DNA from: Bacteroidales bacterium UBA3623
GTDB taxonomy: Bacteria; Bacteroidota; Bacteroidia; Bacteroidales; UBA932
Direction of reading: 5' to 3'
Assembly: GCA_002373715.1 (NCBI GenBank)
Contig: DFLI01000051.1
Span: 35,797-99,796 of the forward strand
Length of the DNA: 64,000 bases
This document shows, piece after piece, positions 37,486-45,087 of the stretch (position 1 is its first letter; the number at the start of each line of letters is the position of its first letter). The translations under genes and the position numbers were made by a program. The notes below the pieces were generated by a model. The model made no database searches and was not told the origin of the DNA. It worked only from the letters and a program-made list of their open reading frames with translations.

Positions 37486-38667
37486 ATGTCCTATATTAGC
37501 AAATGGTTCCACGATATGTGGAACATCTTTACCCAGGAACTCAGGCTCATCGGCCGGGACAATGGCGTTATGCTCATCTTCTGTTTCGCCGGCCTGGTGT
37601 ACCCGCTGCTGTACAACTGGATTTACCACGACGGTGTGGTGGACGAAATGCCCGTAGCCGTGGTGGACAACTCCCGGGGCAGCTACAGCCGCCGCTATGT
37701 GCAGAAGTTTGACGCTACCCGCGAGTGTGCCGTGGCCTACGACTGCGTGTCCATGGCCGAGGCCGAGGAGCTGATGAAAGAGCAGAAGGTGCACGGCATC
37801 CTGTACATCCCCTCCGACTTTGACAGCCGTCTGGCATTAGGAGAACAGGCATTCCTGTCCACCTATGCCGACATGTCCACCTTCCTCTATTACAAGAACA
37901 TGACCCTTGCCTCCAACCTGGTCATGCTGGACGAGGTGCACCAGATTCAAGCCGAGCACTACGCCGCCAAGGGTTTCACCGGGCAGGACGCCGTGCAGCT
38001 CATAGAGCCGGTGCAGTACGACGACGCCCGTCTGTACAACCCCAACATCTCCTTCACCATGTTTTTCATTTACATGGCGCTCATGATGATTCTGCAACAG
38101 GTGATGTTCTATGGCTCCAGCACCCTGGCAGGCACCCTTCGTGAAGAAGGCCGTAGCTTTGCCAACCTGGTGGAAGGCGGACACGGAATGGGCCGCATTG
38201 TGCTGGGCCGGGGCGCTGCCTATTTCCTGGTATTCCTCTTCCTGGGAGCCTACGGTGCCGTGCTGGTGCCGCACCTCTTCCACCTGCCCATACATGCCGC
38301 CTGGTGGGACATGATGTTGTTCCTGGCTTTCTTCGTGGCCGATATCATCGTGTTCAGCTTCACCTGGTCTTCGGGTATCTACAAGAGGGAAACGGTGCTG
38401 GTGCTGCTACTCTTCGTAACCCCTATTGCCGTGTTCCTCACGGGCTTCACCTGGCCCACGGAGAACTTCCCGGTGTTCTGGAGAATGGTTTCCTACGTGT
38501 TCCCCACCACCTTCGGCTGCCGCGCCTACATGACGCTAACCCAAACCGGCAGTCTCAGCGCCATCGCTCCCCAGCTCCAGGCCATGACCATCCAGACGGT
38601 AGTCTACTACGTGCTAGCTTCTGCCGCGGTGTTTGTGGAGAATAAGATTGGGGTGAGGGAGGCGTGA
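37486..38667 (+). CDS. ABC-2 type transporter permease
   Basis: PVAVVDNS...SR, LYNP, multiple TMs, LTGFTWP. Confidence 0.9.
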   Translation: MSYISKWFHDMWNIFTQELRLIGRDNGVMLIFCFAGLVYPLLYNWIYHDGVVDEMPVAVVDNSRGSYSRRYVQKFDATRECAVAYDCVSMAEAEELMKEQKVHGILYIPSDFDSRLALGEQAFLSTYADMSTFLYYKNMTLASNLVMLDEVHQIQAEHYAAKGFTGQDAVQLIEPVQYDDARLYNPNISFTMFFIYMALMMILQQVMFYGSSTLAGTLREEGRSFANLVEGGHGMGRIVLGRGAAYFLVFLFLGAYGAVLVPHLFHLPIHAAWWDMMLFLAFFVADIIVFSFTWSSGIYKRETVLVLLLFVTPIAVFLTGFTWPTENFPVFWRMVSYVFPTTFGCRAYMTLTQTGSLSAIAPQLQAMTIQTVVYYVLASAAVFVENKIGVREA

Positions 38668-38827
38668 GGGATTTCGCTTCGCGACATCCCTTGGATGGAG
38701 AAGCTTAAATGAAATAGCATCAGGCCATAGGCCAGAGTGCATTTTCATTGGATAGTCCTTAAGAGCAAGCTCTAAGGACTATCCAACAAAAAAGCACCGC
38801 AGCAAAAGCTGCGATGCTATTTCATTT
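38668..38827. repeat. Palindrome cluster downstream of tRNA-Ser(TGA): GGGATTTCGCTTCGCGACATCCC hairpin, 15-bp inverted repeat (38707-38721 / 38813-38827), long hairpin 38748-38786
   Basis: aaatgaaatagcatc / gatgctatttcattt; ttggatagtcctt...aaggactatccaa. Confidence 0.8.
38788..38818 (-). terminator. Terminator downstream of tRNA-Ser(TGA)
   Basis: AGCA-CGCAGC-aaaa-GCTGCG-TGCT hairpin preceded by A6 on + strand. Confidence 0.65.
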
Positions 38828-38828
38828 G

Positions 38829-38913
38829 CGGAGGCGGAGGGATTCGAACCCCCGGAACCTTTCAGTTCAACAGTTTTCAAGACTGCCGCCATCGACCACT
38901 CGGCCACACCTCC
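38829..38913 (-). tRNA. tRNA-Ser(TGA)
   Basis: GGAGGTGTGGCCGAGTGGTCGATGGCGGCAGTCTTGAAAACTG...GGGGGTTCGAATCCCTCCGCCTCCG; upstream TAACTTTG promoter. Confidence 0.95.
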
Positions 38914-38981
38914 GGATGCGGGTGCAAAGTTACGAAAAAATTGTTTGTATTTCTCCTGATTATTCGTACTTTTGTAATGGT

Positions 38982-40205
38982 ATGCGTAGATTCCTCATTA
39001 TCATATCGTTACTATTTGTTACCCTGGCATCCTGGGGCCAGACAGACTCCGTGCGGCTGGGGTATGTGGTCAGGGGAATAGTGAGAGATGCGCAAACCGG
39101 CCGTGCGCTGGAGTCGGTGCACGTATCCGTACCTGGGCGCAATTATGCCAGTGTCACCAATGCAGACGGAGAGTTTATCCTCAAGAGCGACCGCCGCATA
39201 GATGCCGTGCTTTGCACCTTTGTGGGTTATAAATCCCAGTGGGTGGCTGCGTCGGAATATATTAAGGTAAAACTGGTTAGAGAATCCATTGAACTTCAGG
39301 AAGCTTCCATCATCTCCGGAGACCCTATGGCCATTGTACTGGCCGCTGCCTCTCGGCTCAAAGAGACGTATTGTCCGGAGCCCGAACTGCTGGAATGCTT
39401 CTACCGGGAAACGGTGCAGAAAAGAAACCGCTATACCTATGTGGCAGAGGCCGTGGCCCGGCTATACCGGGAAAAGAACGACGGCCGCTTCTTCTACAAC
39501 GATGTATCGGCCGTGGAAAAGAGCCGCCTGCTGGTAAGCCAGCGCAAGAAAGATACCCTTAGTGTGAAAACGCAGGGCGGTCCCCAGATGGCCCTCAATT
39601 GCGATTTCTTGAAGATCCCGGCCCTTCTGTTGGCAGAAGATGAACTGGCCCTCTACCGCTTTGATATGGAACTCCCGGCCTATATTGGAGACCGCCTGCA
39701 GTTTGTTATCAAGCTAACGCCGAACAGGGATGCAGAATATCCTCTGTACTTCGCCAAGCTTTACATAGATAGGGAAAGGCTCACTTTCACCCGCATTGAA
39801 GCTTCTCTGGATATGAGGGACCGCGCCAAGGCCATTCACGCCATCCTGGTTTCCAAGCCCCTGAGCCTTCGCTTCTTCCCCGAGGAAGCCACCGTGGTGC
39901 TCAACTATCGGCCCGTTGGAGAAGATGGAGAGCGCGTGCGCCTGGAGTATTTCCGCTCTACCATCCGCTTTGCCTGCGACTGGAAAAAGCGCCTGTTCAA
40001 AACGCGCTACACCGCTGTCAACGAACTGGTGGTTACAGATGTACGCCCGGAAGCCATTCCTATCCCCCGCAAGGAGCGCTTCCGCAGCTCAGATTATCTG
40101 AACGACAAAGCCCAAGAGTTCCAGGATCCGGATTTCTGGGCCGATTATAACATCATCGAACCTTCCGAGAGCCTGGAGCACGCCATCGGCCGATTAAGGA
40201 AATAA
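38982..40205 (+). CDS. Carboxypeptidase-regulatory-like domain exported protein
   Basis: Signal peptide; GIVRD..TG..L..V.V...TNADGEF; FYRE; DPDFW..YNIIEP C-terminus; start ATG 38982. Confidence 0.8.
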   Translation: MRRFLIIISLLFVTLASWGQTDSVRLGYVVRGIVRDAQTGRALESVHVSVPGRNYASVTNADGEFILKSDRRIDAVLCTFVGYKSQWVAASEYIKVKLVRESIELQEASIISGDPMAIVLAAASRLKETYCPEPELLECFYRETVQKRNRYTYVAEAVARLYREKNDGRFFYNDVSAVEKSRLLVSQRKKDTLSVKTQGGPQMALNCDFLKIPALLLAEDELALYRFDMELPAYIGDRLQFVIKLTPNRDAEYPLYFAKLYIDRERLTFTRIEASLDMRDRAKAIHAILVSKPLSLRFFPEEATVVLNYRPVGEDGERVRLEYFRSTIRFACDWKKRLFKTRYTAVNELVVTDVRPEAIPIPRKERFRSSDYLNDKAQEFQDPDFWADYNIIEPSESLEHAIGRLRK

Positions 40206-40268
40206 AAATAGGTGCTAAAATATTTTGCACGGAAGATTTTTTTTCCTACCTTTGCAGTCCCCAATCAT

Positions 40269-40343
40269 AGGGGCGTAGCTCAGCTGGTTTAGAGCGCTTC
40301 AGTCACATTGAAGAGGTCATCGGTTCGAATCCGATCGTCCCTA
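40269..40343 (+). tRNA. tRNA-Val(CAC)
   Basis: AGGGGCGTAGCTCAGCTGGTTTAGAGCG CTTCA-GTCACAT-TGAAG AGGTCATCGGTTCGAATCCGATCGTCCCTA; TACCTTTG promoter upstream. Confidence 0.9.
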
Positions 40344-40345
40344 CT

Positions 40346-40382
40346 AAAAACAAGACCTGGCCATTTGGCCGGGTCTTTTTTG
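40346..40382. terminator. Bidirectional intrinsic terminator
   Basis: A5..AAGACCTGGCCA-tt-TGGCCGGGTCTT..T6 between convergent units. Confidence 0.8.
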
Positions 40383-40455
40383 TATAGGGTGATCGGGTTG
40401 TCGAACCGGCAGGTTCGACCCGACGCAGCAGGTGAGCGCAATCAAGGTTGCGGGA

Positions 40456-41193
40456 TTACAGCTCCTGCAGGAATTCTTCTGCCTGGGCCAGTGTGTCCAG
40501 TTTGCCTACATCCACCAGTTTGAGGTCCCTTGCCATTACTCCGTAGATGGGGTAGTTCTTGCATTCCTGGATGTAGAAATCCATGATGGGGAAACGGCCA
40601 CTGAAACCGGCCTTCTCAAAGGCCTCGAAGATGGCCGGAGACACATTGTGAATGCCGGAGAAAGCCAACTTGTGGTAATGGTCCGGATTCAGATTCGGAT
40701 ACGGGGAACGGACTTCTCCGGTGGCCACATTGGTCCAGCCCACCAGGCGCATTTCTCCGTCGAAGAGCAGGTAGCGGGAGGTTTCCCGCTGGCTCACCAG
40801 CAGCGTGGAAAGGGCCTCGGGGCGCGTTTGGGAGCGCAGCCAGGCAATATCCAGATTGGACAGGATATCTACGTTATGGATGAGGAACGGTTCCCCGGTG
40901 GGCAGGATCAAATCCTTGGCGTGGGCTATGCCACCGCCGGTTTCCAGAAGCTCATCGGTCTCGTCAGAAATGGAGATGGGCAGACCGAAATCGTGGGTGG
41001 CCAGGTATTCGCGGATTTGCCCGGCGAAATGATGCACATTTATCACCAGTTCCGTATAGCCGGCGGCTTTGAGCTTGGTAATAACGTGATACAGGAGCGG
41101 TTCTCCGCCTACGGGCACCAGCGCCTTGGGCAGGGTGTCGGTGATGGGCTTCAGGCGGGTTCCCAGACCCGCCGCAAAGATCATCGCCTTCAT
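40456..41193 (-). CDS. Sugar-phosphate nucleotidyltransferase (MurU-like)
   Basis: MKAMIFAAGLGTRLKP.T...PKALV, LLETGGG, HNVDI, DVGK; adjacent to AmgK-like kinase. Confidence 0.88.
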   Translation of the reverse strand: MKAMIFAAGLGTRLKPITDTLPKALVPVGGEPLLYHVITKLKAAGYTELVINVHHFAGQIREYLATHDFGLPISISDETDELLETGGGIAHAKDLILPTGEPFLIHNVDILSNLDIAWLRSQTRPEALSTLLVSQRETSRYLLFDGEMRLVGWTNVATGEVRSPYPNLNPDHYHKLAFSGIHNVSPAIFEAFEKAGFSGRFPIMDFYIQECKNYPIYGVMARDLKLVDVGKLDTLAQAEEFLQEL

Positions 41194-41195
41194 GG

Positions 41196-42617
41196 CTAGA
41201 GCATTTTTTCGATGTTGAGTTCCCGGTGGGTAACCGTGACCTTGACGTCAAACTTGTCCATAAGGTGACGGGCCAGGTGCTCGGCGCTGTAAACGGAGCG
41301 GTGCTGGCCGCCGGTGCAGCCGAAGCACACCTGCAGGTTGGTGAACTTGCGCTCGATAAAGCGCTTGACGTGAGCGTCCACCAGGTTGTACACGCTGTCC
41401 AGGAATACCTTGATTTCCCCGTCGTCTTCCAGGAACTTGATCACTTCCGGATCCATTCCGTTGAACTGGCGGTAGTACTCGTACTTGCCGGGATTGTTGA
41501 CGCTGCGGCAGTCAAAGACGTAGCCGCCGCCGTTGCCGGTGGTATCGGCCGGAACACCTTTCTTATAGGCAAAACTGTAGATGTGCACGGACAGACGGTG
41601 GTCCTGGGCAATTTCGTTGAGCTCCGGCAGGGAGGCCATCTTGCTCAGGAGGTCGTTCATGTACGGATAGGCCGAGAAGGGCGTCTGCAGCAGTTTGCGA
41701 AGATTGCTGAGGGCGTAAGGAACGCTGGCCAGGAAGTGGGGTTTCTTTTCGAAGTAGCCGCGGAAACCGTAGGCTCCCAGCACCTGCATGGTGCGGAACA
41801 GCACAAACAGGCGCAGACGGCTGCGGAAGTGGGCCTCGTCCACTTTCTTGTACTGCTGAAGGGCTTCCAGATAAGTGCCGATAAGCTCCTGCTTCATATC
41901 TTCCGGGAAACGGGAGCGGGCCTGCCAGATGAAGGAGGCCACGTCGTAGTAGATGGGACCGCGGCGGCCGCCCTGGAAATCGATGAACCACGGGGCGCCG
42001 TCCTTCACCATCACATTGCGGGCCTGGAAGTCCCTGTACATGAAAGTGTTGTCTTCTTCCTGAAGCAAGTCGGCCTTGAACTTCTCGAAATCGTCCTGCA
42101 GCAGGACTTCGTTGAATTCCAGACCGGTGGCCTTGAGGAAGCAGTATTTGAAGTAGTTAAGGTCGAAGTCCACCATGCGGGCGTCGAACGCCTCCTGGGG
42201 GTAGCAGTTCTTCCATTCCAGGCCTTCGGCCCCCACAAACTGGATTTTGGGAAGTTCGGCGATGGCGCTCTTCAGAAGGGCGGTTTCTTCGGGGCTGTAA
42301 AAGCCACTCTCACGGCCCTGGGCTACCATCCCGAAGAGAACCTGGTCTCCCAGGTCTTCCTGGATGTAGGCGCTGCCGTCTTCGCTTACGGCTAGCACCG
42401 TAGGAACCCGCAGGCCCTTCTCCTTGAAGTGCTTGGCCAGATAGATGAAACTGTGGTTCTCCTGCAGATTGGTGCCCACGGCGCCAATGAGCGAGAGTCC
42501 GTCACTCTTTAAGCGAAAGTACCGACGGTTGCTGCCCGAAGCGGGAAGCTCCAGGATTTCCGTCAGTTTCTGTCCGGTATAGGATTCAAATAAGGGTCTG
42601 AGTATCTGTTCCGACAT
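41196..42617 (-). CDS. AmgK-like anomeric sugar kinase (APH fold) fused to RapZ C-terminal domain
   Basis: SGSNRRYFR, EDLGD, YRDFQARN, IDFQG..GP..YDVAS; C-terminal SFAYKKG, FDCR...NPG, GCTGGQHRSVY. Confidence 0.88.
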   Translation of the reverse strand: MSEQILRPLFESYTGQKLTEILELPASGSNRRYFRLKSDGLSLIGAVGTNLQENHSFIYLAKHFKEKGLRVPTVLAVSEDGSAYIQEDLGDQVLFGMVAQGRESGFYSPEETALLKSAIAELPKIQFVGAEGLEWKNCYPQEAFDARMVDFDLNYFKYCFLKATGLEFNEVLLQDDFEKFKADLLQEEDNTFMYRDFQARNVMVKDGAPWFIDFQGGRRGPIYYDVASFIWQARSRFPEDMKQELIGTYLEALQQYKKVDEAHFRSRLRLFVLFRTMQVLGAYGFRGYFEKKPHFLASVPYALSNLRKLLQTPFSAYPYMNDLLSKMASLPELNEIAQDHRLSVHIYSFAYKKGVPADTTGNGGGYVFDCRSVNNPGKYEYYRQFNGMDPEVIKFLEDDGEIKVFLDSVYNLVDAHVKRFIERKFTNLQVCFGCTGGQHRSVYSAEHLARHLMDKFDVKVTVTHRELNIEKML

Positions 42618-42627
42618 AGTGGAAAGT

Positions 42628-45069
42628 TTATACGTTATTCAAGAAGTAGTTCACAATGGTATCCTTACTCTCTTGGGTAATGAGGAACTGGTTGTGGTTG
42701 GTAGGATGATGGATAATCTCACAGTCGGGATAACGGTTCTTCCAACGTTGCTCGTTGGTGGCAAACTCCGCTTTCTCCCGCGCCTTCACATCGGCCGGTT
42801 TCACATAGCCGGCACTAACGGCGCTTTCCTCTGCGTAGTGGGTGGAAACGATGGATGTGACCGGTCCATTGTAGGTTTCCTCGGGCATGGTGGCCATCAA
42901 CTTGATGTCCAGGTCCGCCCTTCGGTTGTTTCTCTCATCATTCAGGTGGGGGAAGAAGTAGGCAGGACGGAGGAGTTCCTGGAGGGCGATGTCGCGGTCC
43001 AGTTCTCCATCCAGGACCACCACGTGGGGCTTTTCGGCCTTGTCATTATAAAGACGTGCGGCCAGGGCCAGAGCCTGCTCACCTCCGGCGCAGAAACCGG
43101 TGATGCACACAACGTGGCGCTTTTTGACAATGTCCTGTACATACTGTTCATAAACATCTACCAGGCCCTTGACATCTGTCAGTTGGTCCTGCATGACGGT
43201 ATGATAGGATTCAATGGCGAAGATGGCGAACTTATGGCAAATCTCCTGGGCCCATTCGCCAAAGAGAAAATCAAAGCTTGTATATCCGCTGATAACGATG
43301 ATGACCGGTTTTTCCGTTTCCACCTCTCCTTTTCCATACCAGAATGCATTCGGGTGCTTCTCGGCCGACATGATTCCCCGAATGGTCCTCCGCGTATAGA
43401 AATCGTTGGCGGTCAGATGAAAGCCGGATATTCCCATCAGGACGATGAGTTGCATGATATGGAGAGACGTGATGCCTACATCGTTCATGAGATCCGCATT
43501 GACATTGATGCCGGGCAGGCCGATAAGCCCGGCGGCAGCCTGAATGAGCAGTTCCTCAGAGGGCGTTACGGGCGTATCATTGGTAATGACCGGATCCAGG
43601 GCTTCGTTCACCAGGGTAGACTTGTCAATCTTTCCGTTCATGGTGAGCTTGAACTCCTTGACGCGGTTCCAGAACGTAGGAACCATGTAGGCAGGGAGCA
43701 GCCTGGCCACGGCTTCCTTGACAGGGGCAAGATCCTCAAATCCCTCCTCCGTCATCACATAAGCTACGATATATTTCTCAGTACCAACTTGTTCTAGGTG
43801 CACGAACGCACGCACCACCCCTTCCTGCCTTTCGATGCAGGCGCAGATCTCGCCCAATTCAATGCGGAAGCTGCGCAACTTGATCTGGGAATCTTTCCGG
43901 CCGATATAATTGAAACTGCCGTCCTCGTTCAGGACAACCAGGTCTCCGCTTCGATAAAGCCTTGACACATCTATTCCGTCATGTTCTTTCTCGTACGGAT
44001 TGTCTATAAACACTTCAGCATTCAAGTCCGGACGGTTCCAGTAACCGTTGGTGACCTGGTTTCCGCCAATGAGCAGCTCTCCCTGCTCCCCGGGGGCAAC
44101 CAGCTTTCCTTCCTCATCGGCCACATAGCACACCACACCGGGGGAAGGCGCGCCGATATTCTGCCAGTCGTCCACTCCCTGGATTTCATGGGTAGTGACC
44201 ACCACGCAGGTTTCGGTGGGGCCGTATCCGTTCACAAAACGGTAAGGTCGCTTTCCGGCTATCTTTCGGGTGAGGCTATGCGGAATGGCCTCGCCACCGG
44301 CAGACAGGGTATCCATGGCCGGGAAATCGTAATCCGGGAAGATGGCCAGAAGAGACGGGGGCATGAAGGTAAAAGTAATGCCCTTGTCTTTCAGAAGCTT
44401 ATGAAGAAGCCATGCATTGTGTCGCTCTTCGTTTTGGGCGATGACCAGGGTGCCGCCATAGCAAAGCGAGGAATAAATCTCTAGGACGGAAGCGTCAAAG
44501 CTGATGCTGGCAAACTGGAGAATGACAGAGTTTTCGCTGATATTGAAATTGTGCGGCAGGCAAACTGTCTGCGAATAACTGTAAAGCGCCTTGTAGGGAA
44601 CCGACACTCCCTTGGGCTCTCCTGTAGTGCCGGACGTATAAATCATATAGACCTCCGAGAACCCTCGCTTCAGAAGCGGCAGCGGGTCCATGATGGGGCT
44701 GGAGAGCAACTCCCGGATATTGTCGGCAGTAATGAGGAAGCTCACTCCGGCATCCCGGCAGATATAATCCCTGCGGTCAACGGGCGTTTCCGCGTCAATG
44801 GGGATATATGAACAACCCAGTTTGATGGACGCCAACATGCAAGGCAGATAATGCTGGTCCCGGCCAAGGTATATGCCGATCCGTACCGGAACATCGCCGG
44901 CGGCAGGAGTCCCTATCTTCCCGACCAGGCCCGACGCTATATGGCAAGCCATTTCATCCATCCGGGCATAGGTAACCTTCTCATCGCCCAGGATGTATGC
45001 CACCTTGTCCTTATGAGCGGCAACAACCGATTGTAGCCTTTCCGAGAGCTTTTCGAAATAAACGTCCAT
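42628..45069 (-). CDS. Stand-alone NRPS-like enzyme: adenylation - carrier (T) - thioesterase
   Basis: YTSGTTGEPKG, FDASV, NGYGPTE, GELLIGG, YRSGD, RIELGEI, LPAYMVP, NGKID; T motif GITSL; TE motif GFCAGG. Confidence 0.9.
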   Translation of the reverse strand: MDVYFEKLSERLQSVVAAHKDKVAYILGDEKVTYARMDEMACHIASGLVGKIGTPAAGDVPVRIGIYLGRDQHYLPCMLASIKLGCSYIPIDAETPVDRRDYICRDAGVSFLITADNIRELLSSPIMDPLPLLKRGFSEVYMIYTSGTTGEPKGVSVPYKALYSYSQTVCLPHNFNISENSVILQFASISFDASVLEIYSSLCYGGTLVIAQNEERHNAWLLHKLLKDKGITFTFMPPSLLAIFPDYDFPAMDTLSAGGEAIPHSLTRKIAGKRPYRFVNGYGPTETCVVVTTHEIQGVDDWQNIGAPSPGVVCYVADEEGKLVAPGEQGELLIGGNQVTNGYWNRPDLNAEVFIDNPYEKEHDGIDVSRLYRSGDLVVLNEDGSFNYIGRKDSQIKLRSFRIELGEICACIERQEGVVRAFVHLEQVGTEKYIVAYVMTEEGFEDLAPVKEAVARLLPAYMVPTFWNRVKEFKLTMNGKIDKSTLVNEALDPVITNDTPVTPSEELLIQAAAGLIGLPGINVNADLMNDVGITSLHIMQLIVLMGISGFHLTANDFYTRRTIRGIMSAEKHPNAFWYGKGEVETEKPVIIVISGYTSFDFLFGEWAQEICHKFAIFAIESYHTVMQDQLTDVKGLVDVYEQYVQDIVKKRHVVCITGFCAGGEQALALAARLYNDKAEKPHVVVLDGELDRDIALQELLRPAYFFPHLNDERNNRRADLDIKLMATMPEETYNGPVTSIVSTHYAEESAVSAGYVKPADVKAREKAEFATNEQRWKNRYPDCEIIHHPTNHNQFLITQESKDTIVNYFLNNV

Positions 45070-45087
45070 ATACTACTACTGACTAAT

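Noticed and set aside
33706-38667. ABC-2 efflux operon without an ATPase gene
   Set aside because: TolC-HlyD-two-permease operons lacking a linked ATPase are common in Bacteroidales; not novel.
40400-40419. GTCGAACC-ggca-GGTTCGAC hairpin after tRNA-Val terminator
   Set aside because: Single copy in the window; may be another REP type but cannot be supported further.
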